From an uncultured Bacteroidota bacterium (GTDB lineage: Bacteria; Bacteroidota; Ignavibacteria; Kryptoniales; JAKASW01): 64,000 nt of DNA. Every line of letters begins with the position of its first letter. Position 1 is the first letter of the stretch. The translations under genes were made by a program, and so were the position numbers. Under the pieces are notes generated by a model. The model made no database searches, was not told the origin of the DNA, and was given only the letters and a program-made list of their open reading frames with translations. Positions 10,629-20,406 of the stretch are shown one piece after another. The DNA lies in NCBI GenBank assembly GCA_963806435.1, contig CAWEBD010000157.1:26809-90808 (forward strand), in the 5' to 3' direction.

Positions 10629-11180
10629 GTGGCCGAGTCTCAACTGACCAAAGTGATATTTACAGTCGGCCATTCTACACGTTCTATCGGGGAATTCATA
10701 TCCCTGCTTCATGAAAACCGGATCCAGCTCCTGGTTGACATCCGCACCATACCGAGATCCCGGCATAATCCTCAATTCGGGAAGGAATCCCTGGCAAACT
10801 CGCTGCAGGCAGCAGGTCTGGATTACACGCACATGCCGTCGCTCGGCGGACTGCGCCACGCCAGAAAAGACTCTCCGAACCTTGGGTGGCGCAACGAAAG
10901 CTTCCGTGGCTTCGCGGATTACATGCAGACCGGGGAATTTGACGAGGCGTTGAGGGAACTGATAGCGGCAGCGGCCGAAACCAGGCTTGCGGTCATGTGT
11001 GCTGAAGCTGTCCCGTGGCGATGCCACCGTTCGCTCGTCGCAGATGCCTTGTCCGCACGGGGAATCGAGGTCTTACACATAATGGGAACCGAGAAACTCA
11101 CTCCCCACAAGATGACCTCATTTGCCAGAGTGGAAGGTAATCGAGTCTGGTATCCACCGGTAATGGAGTCTCTCTTCTAG
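10629..11180 (+). CDS. DUF488 domain protein
   Basis: VIFTVGHSTRSIGEFISLL...LVDIRTIPRSRHNPQF matches the DUF488 signature. GTG start after CAGGAGGA. Confidence 0.7.
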   Translation: MAESQLTKVIFTVGHSTRSIGEFISLLHENRIQLLVDIRTIPRSRHNPQFGKESLANSLQAAGLDYTHMPSLGGLRHARKDSPNLGWRNESFRGFADYMQTGEFDEALRELIAAAAETRLAVMCAEAVPWRCHRSLVADALSARGIEVLHIMGTEKLTPHKMTSFARVEGNRVWYPPVMESLF

Positions 11181-11292
11181 TTCCCGGAAGCTGAACTAAC
11201 TGCAGTCCACTGGTGTTGAGATTCTAAACGCCGGACGGACGAAAAAAGGTGTGTCATAAGATGTATTATATGGTAATCCCGTCCGGCTATTT

Positions 11293-11811
11293 TTATCCGA
11301 CCTCCTTGTGAGCCATTCCGAGAGCGATTGTCTCGATTCTAATCCTTCTCCGGAGCAGAAGCGCGTTGATGAATGTGAATAGCGCCGCGGTTATGTAGCA
11401 GGAGAAGATGAGCGGAATAATTGCGATCTCTGTAATGACCGCGGCATAGTTGGGATGCCGAAGGTATTTGTACGGTCCCCTGGTTATCGGCGGATGATTC
11501 GGCGCCACGATCAGCTTTGTATTCCAATACACCCCCAGCGAACTGATCGCCCAGTAACGCAGAAGCTGGGCCGCCGCAAAGATCACGATCAGGACAATCC
11601 AGTACGGGCTTGGGGAGCGCTTCATCGCTAAACTCTCCAATACCAGCGACACGAAGAAAGCTGCATGCATGGCGACGATCGCGCGGTAACCTGTCGTGTC
11701 GACTTCGACTGCGCCCAGTTTCATCAATATCCTCTCGTGACGCCTGGCAATAACAAGCTCGATGATCCGCTGGATCGACAGGAACAAAAGAAATATATAT
11801 AGCGGGTTCAT
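11293..11811 (-). CDS. isoprenylcysteine carboxyl methyltransferase (ICMT) family membrane methyltransferase
   Basis: 172 aa, polytopic, with GPYKYLRHPNYAAV. ATGA overlap with the upstream PKS gene. Confidence 0.75.
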   Translation of the reverse strand: MNPLYIFLLFLSIQRIIELVIARRHERILMKLGAVEVDTTGYRAIVAMHAAFFVSLVLESLAMKRSPSPYWIVLIVIFAAAQLLRYWAISSLGVYWNTKLIVAPNHPPITRGPYKYLRHPNYAAVITEIAIIPLIFSCYITAALFTFINALLLRRRIRIETIALGMAHKEVG

Positions 11812-12872
11812 TCGGTTTTGAATAGGATTAACTCCGAACTGAACCCCGGTCCGAGAGCTGACATAAGACCAAACTCATTGGAGCCGTAGTCGTTGGTCTC
11901 AAGAAATTCTTTGAGCACATACAGGACTGTCGGGGAAGACATGTTGCCGTGCTCGCTCATGACTTTCCGCGTAAACCGGAGCTCATCGTTGCGCAACCCC
12001 AGCGCTTCCTCGTAAGCTTCGATCACCTTGGGTCCGCCCGGATGAATTACGTAGTGCTTGATGTCAAGCAGGCTCAGTCCGTTGGACGACGCGATCTCTT
12101 CTATGTTTTGCCTGACACTGCCGCGCACGATAGTCGGGATGTCTTTGCTGAAGATCACCTTCAGTCCGCTGTCCTTCACTTCCCACCCCATGACTTCGAG
12201 GGAGGAATCGTAAATCGTGGAGAGGGAGTTGAGGAGAACGATACCCTTGCGCCGGCTCAGCGGATGTTTGTCCCCGGCGATGAGAAGGGCGGCAGCTCCA
12301 TCAGAAAAAAGCGAAGTGCCGATCAGGTTGCTCTTGCTGTAGTCGTCCTTCTGGAATGTGAGTCCGCAGAGTTCGATGGCGATGAGCAGGACCGCGTGTT
12401 CGGGCATTGCGAGCGTGTACTCGAGTGCCCGGCTCAGGCCCACCGCCCCGCCTGCGCAGCCGACACCCCAGATGGGGGTCCGCCTGACATGCGGGCTGAA
12501 ACCGAGTATGTTGTGCAGCCTCGCGTCGATGCTCGGGGTCGAGATGCCTGTGCTCGAAACGAAGATGACATGGTCAAAATCCTTCGGTCCTATTCCGGCT
12601 GCACTCAGGCATTTCCCGGCGCAGGACGCCGACATCCGGACGGCGCTTTCAACGTAGAGCCGGTTCCTTTCAGCGAATCCGTGTTCATTGCCATACCACG
12701 ACTTTTCTTCGGTGAAATGCCGTGTCTGAATGGAAGTGTTGTTGAAGACACCGATCAGGCGGTCAAGATCGTCCCGCCGGCGCGAAAAAACTCCGCGCGC
12801 GAATTCCTTCACTTCCTCCTGCCCGACTCTTGTCGGTGCGTCCTGCGTTGCGATCGAGACTACTTTGGGCAT
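11808..12872 (-). CDS. type III polyketide synthase (chalcone/stilbene synthase family)
   Basis: Catalytic triad contexts are present: GVGCAGGAVG (Cys), VIHPGGPKV (His) and HGNMSSPTV (Asn). Confidence 0.9.
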   Translation of the reverse strand: MPKVVSIATQDAPTRVGQEEVKEFARGVFSRRRDDLDRLIGVFNNTSIQTRHFTEEKSWYGNEHGFAERNRLYVESAVRMSASCAGKCLSAAGIGPKDFDHVIFVSSTGISTPSIDARLHNILGFSPHVRRTPIWGVGCAGGAVGLSRALEYTLAMPEHAVLLIAIELCGLTFQKDDYSKSNLIGTSLFSDGAAALLIAGDKHPLSRRKGIVLLNSLSTIYDSSLEVMGWEVKDSGLKVIFSKDIPTIVRGSVRQNIEEIASSNGLSLLDIKHYVIHPGGPKVIEAYEEALGLRNDELRFTRKVMSEHGNMSSPTVLYVLKEFLETNDYGSNEFGLMSALGPGFSSELILFKTE

Positions 12873-13122
12873 GTGGGATCTCCATTCTGGATAGGGCGAA
12901 TTGTACTACGCCTTGCGTTGCTTTAACAAACGCGGTGATTGGTTCAATAATTTAGTAAAATTGGAATTATTTCCCCGAAAAGCTTTGGAATTCCGCAGCC
13001 TCTTGTTATTTTCTAAGGTTATTCGTGTCTTTAATAGATTATTCGCTGATAACGCCTGTTCTCCCCCGACGAAATTACATGTTTTCCGAGTAAGGAAATA
13101 AGAAGCTTTAAGGTTCGAACAA

Positions 13123-14490
13123 ATGAAGAAATACTTGTGGTTAGGCCCCATTTCAATAGTCCTCTTTCTGTCTCAGCCGGTTTTTGCCCAGTCGGCAAAC
13201 GGACGGGTCACGCACGACAACATACCGGAGGTAACTCAACGGGTAGAGCAGGTTATCACCGTCAACACCGGTGACACGACCTGGATGCTCGTCTCGACCG
13301 CCCTCGTGATGTTGATGACCCCTGGCCTGGCGCTGTTCTACGGCGGGATGGTCCGCCGCAAGAACGTCCTCGGCACGATAATGCAGAGTTTCGTTGCCAT
13401 CGGCGTGGTCACGATACAGTGGGTGCTTTTCGGATATTCGCTCGCATTCGGGCCCGACATAGGGCACGTGATAGGGAGTCTGAAATGGGTGGGGCTCAGC
13501 GGTGTCGGGATGGCTCCCAATCCCGATTATGCGCCTACGATCCCCCACGAGGCTTTCATGATGTTTCAAATGATGTTCGCCATAATTACTCCTGCATTGA
13601 TAACAGGCGCATTCGCCGAGAGGTTCAAGTTCAAGACATACATAGTCTTCCTCCTTATGTGGGCGACGCTTGTGTACGATCCCCTGGCACACTGGGTGTG
13701 GGGAGTCGGAGGTTGGATGAGGAATCTCGGCGCGCTCGACTTTGCCGGCGGACTTGTTGTGCATGTCAGTTCCGGGGTCTCCGCTCTTGTGGCGGCGATG
13801 CTGATCGGCAAGAGGAGAGGCTACGGTCAGGAGCCAATGCCGCCGCATAATCTTACGATGACTTTTATCGGAGCGGCGCTCCTCTGGTTCGGATGGTTCG
13901 GGTTCAACGCGGGAAGCGCGCTTGCTTCCGGTACGCTGGCGACTTCCGCGTTTCTGGCAACGCAGGTTGCCGCCGCCGCCGCTGCTTTATCGTGGATGAC
14001 AGCCGAATGGTACACGCGCGGCAAGCCCACGGCTCTCGGCGCGGCATCCGGCGCGGTCGCGGGACTGGTAGCAATCACGCCCGCATCAGGATTTGTCGGC
14101 CCAATGGCTGCGTTGATGATCGGACTCGTCGGCGGCCTGGTCTGCTTCATGGGAATCAGGCTGAAGGGAAAATTCGGTTATGACGATTCGCTCGACACCG
14201 TCGGCGTCCATGGAGTGGGCGGCGCGTGGGGGGCAGTAGCGACGGGACTGTTCGCCTCAGTTCTTATCAACCCTGCAGGGGCCAACGGTCTTTTTTACGG
14301 CAACATCGGACTCCTCGGCGCTCAGGCGGTGGCGCTTTCCGTCGTGGTGCTCTATGCATTCGGCGTCACATGGGGGATACTGAAGCTTCTCGACAAGACC
14401 ATGGGACTGCGAGTCTCTCCCGAGGATGAGATGGACGGACTGGACCTTGCGCAGCACGGAGAGAGCGGTTACGTCTTCGAAGAATTGTGA
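13123..14490 (+). CDS. amt: ammonium transporter (Amt family) with signal peptide
   Basis: Motifs GAFAERFKF, DFAGGLVVH and DDSLDTVGVHGVGG. No PII (glnK) gene lies next to it. Confidence 0.95.
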   Translation: MKKYLWLGPISIVLFLSQPVFAQSANGRVTHDNIPEVTQRVEQVITVNTGDTTWMLVSTALVMLMTPGLALFYGGMVRRKNVLGTIMQSFVAIGVVTIQWVLFGYSLAFGPDIGHVIGSLKWVGLSGVGMAPNPDYAPTIPHEAFMMFQMMFAIITPALITGAFAERFKFKTYIVFLLMWATLVYDPLAHWVWGVGGWMRNLGALDFAGGLVVHVSSGVSALVAAMLIGKRRGYGQEPMPPHNLTMTFIGAALLWFGWFGFNAGSALASGTLATSAFLATQVAAAAAALSWMTAEWYTRGKPTALGAASGAVAGLVAITPASGFVGPMAALMIGLVGGLVCFMGIRLKGKFGYDDSLDTVGVHGVGGAWGAVATGLFASVLINPAGANGLFYGNIGLLGAQAVALSVVVLYAFGVTWGILKLLDKTMGLRVSPEDEMDGLDLAQHGESGYVFEEL

Positions 14491-14609
14491 GCGGCCAGAG
14501 AAGTCACGGCAACTCAGGAAGGGATTTGACCGGCTACTCTCCCGACCGGGTCCGGCTCACCATTCCGTCTTAATTAATTAAGAAGAACAATAAAAAACTT
14601 AAACGCGTG

Positions 14610-14638
14610 TTGACACCCCTCTGACACGTCAATATATT
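14610..14638 (+). promoter_or_regulatory. near-consensus sigma70 promoter (TTGACA-17 nt-TATATT)
   Basis: Hexamers at 14610-14615 and 14633-14638, 29 nt upstream of the ATG at 14667. Confidence 0.45.
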
Positions 14639-14666
14639 CATTGTGGAAAAGAAAAGGAGAAATCAA

Positions 14667-14843
14667 ATGCTTCATAAGGAGTCTCAGTGGGAAGTTGTAT
14701 GCGATGTCTGCAACGGGACACGGTTTATCGGCGTAACCCAAAATGAAGAAGGGTTTGATTTCATAGAATGCGAGAAGTGTCATGGCACCGGACACGTTTC
14801 GGTGATCCAGTTCGGTTTCGCAAAGGAAGATGACGACGAGTAA
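14667..14843 (+). CDS. small DnaJ-CR-type zinc-finger protein (58 aa)
   Basis: Two CxxCxGxG motifs (CDVCNGTR and CEKCHGTG). ATG at 14667 preceded by AAGGAG. Confidence 0.55.
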   Translation: MLHKESQWEVVCDVCNGTRFIGVTQNEEGFDFIECEKCHGTGHVSVIQFGFAKEDDDE

Positions 14844-15061
14844 GGCTCCGCTATGAGCGGCGGTCCTGCCGTCACGAGCGACCTTCCGGGACCGACAAAG
14901 AATCTTCAACGGGGAAATTTAATCCGCCGGTTTTAATCCTCTTTTCATGATACTTAAAGGGAAGCGGCAGCGTTTTCGCGATTCGATACGCCGCCACTTG
15001 TCCTTTGCAAAGCCGGATTTGCATCTTTGAAGAAATGGGGCGATACTTTGCCTGAGCCGAA

Positions 15062-15493
15062 ATGAAGAGCGATGATGTCATCATAATGACGGGAGTTGTG
15101 GTTCCCGCTTCCGAACTTGAATTCCGCACCTCCAGGAGCGGCGGCCCGGGCGGACAGAACGTCAACAAGGTGGAATCAAAAGTCGAGCTTTTGTTCGACG
15201 TGCCAAAGTCCTCCTCCCTGTCGGATGCACAACGAGCGCGCCTGTTCTCGCGCCTCGGGAACAGGATAGACACCGATGGAGTCTTGCATTTGTCTTCCCA
15301 GGTTTCGCGCAGCCAGTGGGAGAACAAAGAGATCGTGGTATCCGAATTCGCCCGTCTACTGAAGGCGGCGCTGAAGCCCGTTAAGAAGAGAGTAAAGACG
15401 CGCCCCTCCAAGACCTCCAGGGAGAAGAGACTCAAGAGGAAGAAAATCCATTCCGAAAAGAAGAAGTCCCGGAGTGGTTGGGGGATCGACTGA
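15062..15493 (+). CDS. arfB: alternative ribosome rescue factor ArfB (peptidyl-tRNA hydrolase)
   Basis: GGPGGQNVNKVESKVEL (GGQ motif) plus a basic C-terminal tail. Confidence 0.9.
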   Translation: MKSDDVIIMTGVVVPASELEFRTSRSGGPGGQNVNKVESKVELLFDVPKSSSLSDAQRARLFSRLGNRIDTDGVLHLSSQVSRSQWENKEIVVSEFARLLKAALKPVKKRVKTRPSKTSREKRLKRKKIHSEKKKSRSGWGID

Positions 15494-15496
15494 CCG

Positions 15497-16471
15497 CTAC
15501 AAGTAGTCTTCCCGCCGCTGGACGTTTCTGAGAGGTTCTCCCTTCGCAAATCTGTGGAGGTTGTCGAGCGCGGCATCGAGCGCCCTGAGATAGATACCTT
15601 CGGTTAGGTAGGAATTGTGCGGCGAGCCCAGCAGGTTGTCCAGCTCAAAGAAGGGGTAGTGCACTTCAAACTTCGGGTGGTTGAACGGCTCAATCCACCA
15701 TGCTTCGATCCCGGCTTTGAACTGCGGGTTGGCTTTGAGATGCTCGTATAAACTCTTCTCGTCGATTAGGTCGCCGCGGGCGACATTTATGAGAACGGCG
15801 TCGGGTTTCATGAGTCGCAGCTCCCTCTCGCCGATGAGATTTCTTGTTCTCTTGTTTAGCCCTATTGTCAGGAGAAGGAAGTCCGATTCTCGAAGCAATT
15901 TGTCGAGGTCCGATAGCGTTCCGATGAAATCCACGTCACGATCCGTCTTCCCGGTCGAGTTAATCGCCAGTATCTTCATGCCGAAGCCCCGGGCGATCTC
16001 GGCGGTCTTCTTCCCGATTCCTCCGAATCCGATGATTCCGAGTGTCGAGCCTCCGAGCATCTTGTGCGGAGTCTTCTGGTCGAAGGCCCCCTCCCTAAGC
16101 CCGCGGTGAAGAGGGAGGAAGTTCCGTGCGAGCGCCAGCATCATCCCGATTGAGTGCTCGGCTATCGGGTTGCTGTATGCCCCGCCGTTGCTGCAGATGA
16201 CAATGTCCGGCCTCAGCTTGCCGTATGGGATTATATCCGCGCCTGCGAGCGTGATCTGAATAAGTTTTGTCTTTTTCAGGAGCGGGAGTTCTTCTTCCCT
16301 TATGTCCCGCCGGAAGTTCGTCGCGAGGATCACATCCGCCTCCTCGATGAGGCTCTTCCGCCCGTTTTCTCCGGCGTTGGAAAGAAATTGAATCTCGAAA
16401 TCCTTCCCGGCCTTCTTCAGTATAAGGTGGGTCATTTGCTCGTCGAGTTTCTGTGCTACGAGGAGTTTCAT
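15497..16471 (-). CDS. D-2-hydroxyacid dehydrogenase family, NAD-binding
   Basis: GIIGFGGIGKKTAEIARGFG and LINVARGDLID. Start chosen at MKLLVAQ; an upstream ATG at 16498 is an alternative. Confidence 0.85.
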   Translation of the reverse strand: MKLLVAQKLDEQMTHLILKKAGKDFEIQFLSNAGENGRKSLIEEADVILATNFRRDIREEELPLLKKTKLIQITLAGADIIPYGKLRPDIVICSNGGAYSNPIAEHSIGMMLALARNFLPLHRGLREGAFDQKTPHKMLGGSTLGIIGFGGIGKKTAEIARGFGMKILAINSTGKTDRDVDFIGTLSDLDKLLRESDFLLLTIGLNKRTRNLIGERELRLMKPDAVLINVARGDLIDEKSLYEHLKANPQFKAGIEAWWIEPFNHPKFEVHYPFFELDNLLGSPHNSYLTEGIYLRALDAALDNLHRFAKGEPLRNVQRREDYL

Positions 16472-16517
16472 ATCAAGCTTACCCCGTCTTTTGGTCATTA
16501 TAATTCGGTTGCTCGGT

Positions 16518-18509
16518 CTATTCGGGCGGATCCACCGACTGGATCCTGTTCAACAGATGGTTCATGTCGTCCGCACTGCTGATAACAAAAATAAACGTTT
16601 CTATTCTCGCCGGCAAATCGATCTCCAGTCTGACCCGCGCTGTCCGAGCCGCCTGTAATACGCCGTAGCTTGGCGAGTGTTGCCACTCCTCCAGCGTGAA
16701 TGGATGCTGAAACTTCACGAGCGCGAACTCTTCTCCTTCGAGGGCGAGGAAATCCCGTCCCAGGTCGACAACTTTCAATTCCGGAGCGAAATGAAACATC
16801 ATCTCGACGGTGTGCGGCCCCGTTCCCAGAAGATTGTCTTCGACAAGGAAAGTTCTCTGGCGCTTGTTAAAGGTGATCTTACGCCTGTGGGTCACGGGCG
16901 GGTTCAGCCGTTCGTAGGCGTGATGTTGCGCTTCGATGATATCCTGCTCAGGCGTGGAATTCCACTCCAGCAGTTCCGGGGATGTCAAGTCGGCCTTGCC
17001 GGACCAGGGTCCCGCAAACTCGGCTTGTTCCGCTCCATCCACGATGACGGTATTGTGGGAATATGTCGATCGAAGCTTATTTCTGGCGACTGGGTCGGAA
17101 GTGTAGCAGAACGTTCCTCTGTCCACGATGAACGGATTCTTACCCGCTACCGTGAAACTCAGTGTGTCGTTGTGTCCGTGTCCGCCGCGGCCCCGCATCC
17201 AGATGTCGCCGAAATCAAATGAACAAAAGTCCTTCTCGGTTCTCATGAACGCGAAGCCGCCATCTTTATAGATCGAAGAAGAGATTCTGTTTTCCGGCTT
17301 GATGTGCGAGAAATTCTCAAATCCTTCTCCTCCGAGGAGGAGGAGTGCCAGCTCGCTGAATTCCCCCGCCGAGGCTTTCAGGTCGCCCCTGCCGAAAAGC
17401 GCGGCGCCGACTGAAAGAAGGTCGCGGTGGTCGTTGAAATCTATATTTGATTTCATCCTGAATATCCGTCCGTCGTCCCCGTCGCCTATGTTTGGAACCC
17501 TTCCGTCGCGCATGGTTGCGGAGGCCAGAAACGCGAACATCTTCTCGAGTCGCCCGCTGAATTCACCGGAGATCTTGAATTTGTTCAGCTTCAAAAGGAC
17601 ATATGCCGCGGTGAACATTTCCGTCACAAGGCGCTGGTAGCTTGTCGATTTTTCGTAATCTGTTCCGTCTTTGTAGACCCGGTTCGCGATTTCCCGCTCG
17701 AGCTCTTTCCGGGCGAATTCCACCCAGCTTTTTCCCGACCTCGTGTCGTAGAAGAGTAACCCGAGATAGATGAGCCCGACTAGGTTCGACAAAAGATGGT
17801 CGTGGTTCCCGAGCTTTCTTTCGATATTGTGACGGATAAAGACACCGTGTTCGTATAAAGAGCAAAGGAGCTTCATCATAAACTCGTCGTTCATTCTGGT
17901 CGATCCCGTGAAATACAGCAACCCGGTTATCATGTTCATCGCCCTTATTGCCGCTTCCGTCGGCGATGTCCAGTTCACGCCGTATCCGACAGGATTGTTC
18001 TCAATCCAGTCGCTGGCAAGCTCTTTGAATTTGTCCGTGTGGGCTTCACTGCGGCTTAACCAGTATGCCTTGCCGAGCCAGATCGCCTGGTGGAACCGGT
18101 TCACTTCCCATGGGACTTTCACGTCCGAGGAGTTCCCGGATTTGGCGACGTCAATCTCGGAATAGGACCGGCGGTCCCATCTCTTTCCCGATTTGAAATC
18201 GAGGTGCCAATCGACTTTGTCTCCAAATGAGTATAAGTCCGAGCCGAGTGTCTGGAATTTGTTTTCATGCACCAGGTCTGCGTCGTCCATGATGGCGTCG
18301 AAATCGCCGACAGTGGTCATGAGATTTATATAGAACTCTTTCTTGTTCAGATCGCTGAGGAAAAAGCGCTCGCGGAGTCTTTGGTTAAAAACCGGAACGA
18401 ACTGCTTCAGGTCTGAAGCCTCGTGGCCGAACTTCCTCTGCAGTCTGCCGGTTGTGACCGGACAGCGGAAGATTCTTACTCTGAGTTCATAGAAAATACG
18501 TGAAAGCAT
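16518..18509 (-). CDS. heparinase II/III family protein
   Basis: GGHGHNDTLSF and overall heparinase II/III-like length. Start moved to MLSRIFYELRV (18509) so that it does not overlap the divergent larE. Confidence 0.7.
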   Translation of the reverse strand: MLSRIFYELRVRIFRCPVTTGRLQRKFGHEASDLKQFVPVFNQRLRERFFLSDLNKKEFYINLMTTVGDFDAIMDDADLVHENKFQTLGSDLYSFGDKVDWHLDFKSGKRWDRRSYSEIDVAKSGNSSDVKVPWEVNRFHQAIWLGKAYWLSRSEAHTDKFKELASDWIENNPVGYGVNWTSPTEAAIRAMNMITGLLYFTGSTRMNDEFMMKLLCSLYEHGVFIRHNIERKLGNHDHLLSNLVGLIYLGLLFYDTRSGKSWVEFARKELEREIANRVYKDGTDYEKSTSYQRLVTEMFTAAYVLLKLNKFKISGEFSGRLEKMFAFLASATMRDGRVPNIGDGDDGRIFRMKSNIDFNDHRDLLSVGAALFGRGDLKASAGEFSELALLLLGGEGFENFSHIKPENRISSSIYKDGGFAFMRTEKDFCSFDFGDIWMRGRGGHGHNDTLSFTVAGKNPFIVDRGTFCYTSDPVARNKLRSTYSHNTVIVDGAEQAEFAGPWSGKADLTSPELLEWNSTPEQDIIEAQHHAYERLNPPVTHRRKITFNKRQRTFLVEDNLLGTGPHTVEMMFHFAPELKVVDLGRDFLALEGEEFALVKFQHPFTLEEWQHSPSYGVLQAARTARVRLEIDLPARIETFIFVISSADDMNHLLNRIQSVDPPE

Positions 18510-18639
18510 TCTTGAGAAGATAGCCGTTCCTCGTATAAATGTAATCTGAACAAATATAACCCCGCATTCCGCCCGTTTCAATTTACGCCGGGAAACTCCT
18601 TTCCATATGGACGACCGGGATGTTAAATTGATCCACACT

Positions 18640-19518
18640 ATGAATCACTCGAATGGCAGTACAGAAATCGGAATTGTGCCGAACAACCTTCTGGCAAAAT
18701 ACGCCGCGCTGAAGGAGTCTCTCGGCAAGCATACAATCGAAGGCCTGGTCGTGGCCTTTTCAGGCGGCGTGGACAGCGGCTTTCTCCTCTGGGCGGCCGA
18801 AGAGGCAAGAAAGGAATACGGCGGGAAGCTGATGGCGTTGACGACAGACAGCGAGAGCATGCCGAACCACGATAAAGAAGATGTGTCCCGATTTATCGGG
18901 CAAATCGGCGTAAGGCATGTCTGGAAAGAAAGCACCGAGGTTGACAATGCAGACTATCTTAAAAACGACTCTCTCCGGTGTTATCATTGCAAGACCGAAC
19001 TCTTCACGATAGCGAGACAGGTTGCCGCCGAAAACGATTGCAGACACATCGCATACGGCTACAGCTCTTCAGACAAGTCTGATGTTCGTCCGGGGCACAG
19101 GGCAGCACTTGAAAACGATATACTCTATCCGCTTGCGGTGTACGACTTCAGCAAGGAAGAAATAAGAGAATTCATGCGGATGAACGGCTTCGAACTTCAC
19201 GACAAGCCGTCGAGTCCCTGCCTCAGCTCGCGCATAATGAGAGGAGTGCAAATCACGAAACAAGAATTAAAGAACGTCGACGATCTGGAAGACTTGCTCC
19301 GTAAAGGAGGGATGAGGGTGTTCCGCCTGAGAGTTCACGAGATGAGCGATCAATCCAAAGGCTCCGTCAGACATTTCCTGAGACTCGAGACTGCTCCGGA
19401 GGAAATGCTCCTGGCGCTTCAGCTGAAGGACAAGCTGACCGCGGAGGCGAAGAAGCGGGGCTATGTCTGGGTTACACTCGACCTCGAAGGTTACAAGACC
19501 GGCGGCGGAACAGTCTGA
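18640..19518 (+). CDS. larE: PP-loop ATP-dependent sulfur transferase LarE
   Basis: AFSGGVDSGFL PP-loop, plus CYHC and SSPCLSSR cysteines. Adjacent to larB. Confidence 0.8.
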   Translation: MNHSNGSTEIGIVPNNLLAKYAALKESLGKHTIEGLVVAFSGGVDSGFLLWAAEEARKEYGGKLMALTTDSESMPNHDKEDVSRFIGQIGVRHVWKESTEVDNADYLKNDSLRCYHCKTELFTIARQVAAENDCRHIAYGYSSSDKSDVRPGHRAALENDILYPLAVYDFSKEEIREFMRMNGFELHDKPSSPCLSSRIMRGVQITKQELKNVDDLEDLLRKGGMRVFRLRVHEMSDQSKGSVRHFLRLETAPEEMLLALQLKDKLTAEAKKRGYVWVTLDLEGYKTGGGTV

Positions 19519-19535
19519 CACGCAGGATCCTTCGG

Positions 19536-20333
19536 ATGAACCGGGAATTAATCAGGAAAATTCTGGATGACGTTCAAAAGGGAAAGCTGAATGCCGCCGA
19601 AGCGTACGAGAAACTCAAGTACGTCCCGCTCGGCCTGGAGGAGACTGGTTATGCCACGGTCGACCACGGACGCGGCCTGAGGATCGGACTGGGTGAGGTC
19701 ATTTACGGAGAAAGCAAAACAAAAGAGCACATACTCGGCATCGCGGAAAAACTCTCCAGGTCCAGGGATCCTGTGCTGATCACGCGCCTCTCGGATGAGA
19801 AAATGAAGGCGCTGAAAAAGAAATTCCCGAAAGGGAAAGCCAATAAAATTGCCGGCACGTTCACTGTGAACCCGCTAGCTCCCAGGGAGAAGCGAAAGGG
19901 TGAGCCTTACGTCTGCATAATAACTGCCGGGACGAGCGACATTCCGGTAGCCGAGGAAGCCGCCGATGTCTGCTGCGCGATGGGTGTCGCATTCGTGAAT
20001 CTGAACGACATCGGCGTCTCCGGCATACACCGTGTCATGAAGAATATCGACGTTATGGAGAGTGCGTCCGCCCTTGTGGTGATCGCGGGCATGGAAGGCG
20101 CGCTCCCAAGCGTCATAGGCGGACTGGTATCCAAGCCAATTTTTGCGGTGCCCACCGACGTCGGTTACGGCGCCAACTTCAAGGGTGTCACCGCGCTGCT
20201 CAGCATGCTCTCATCGTGCGCGCCGGGGATAGCCGTAACGAATATCAACGCCGGGTTCTCGGCAGCATACGCCGCATGCAGGGTAGTGAATGCTATGAAG
20301 TCGCGGCTTGCCGGGAATGATGGGAACACTTGA
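19536..20333 (+). CDS. larB: nickel-pincer cofactor biosynthesis protein LarB (PurE-like carboxylase/hydrolase)
   Basis: 265 aa with a C-terminal AIR-carboxylase-like domain, ITAGTSDIPVAEEAA. Confidence 0.85.
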   Translation: MNRELIRKILDDVQKGKLNAAEAYEKLKYVPLGLEETGYATVDHGRGLRIGLGEVIYGESKTKEHILGIAEKLSRSRDPVLITRLSDEKMKALKKKFPKGKANKIAGTFTVNPLAPREKRKGEPYVCIITAGTSDIPVAEEAADVCCAMGVAFVNLNDIGVSGIHRVMKNIDVMESASALVVIAGMEGALPSVIGGLVSKPIFAVPTDVGYGANFKGVTALLSMLSSCAPGIAVTNINAGFSAAYAACRVVNAMKSRLAGNDGNT

Positions 20334-20335
20334 CC

Positions 20336-20362
20336 GGGAATACGGATATAATCCGTATTCCC
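20336..20362. terminator. perfect 12-bp hairpin between convergent larB and the orphan gene
   Basis: GGGAATACGGAT-ata-ATCCGTATTCCC read directly. No U tract follows. Confidence 0.45.
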
Positions 20363-20406
20363 AAGTCAAGGCAATCACAAGCTGTGTAGGAAAGCTTTCC
20401 CGATTC

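Noticed and set aside
11949-12926. 325-aa plus-strand ORF
   Set aside because: Antisense to the type III PKS gene, which has an intact catalytic triad. No recognisable motif.
12873-13122. sigma54/NtrC-type promoter upstream of amt, and a 66-aa ORF at 12901-13101
   Set aside because: The only GG...GC candidate (TGGAATTCCGCAGCC) fits the consensus poorly. The ORF lies in AT-rich promoter DNA and its translation does not look like a protein.
14872-15576. 234-aa minus-strand ORF
   Set aside because: Antisense to arfB (GGQ motif), with Ser/Arg-rich low-complexity translation.
18510-18638. N-terminal 43-codon extension of the heparinase II/III ORF
   Set aside because: It would overlap the divergent larE start region. 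MLSRIFYELRV looks like the usual N-terminus of this family.
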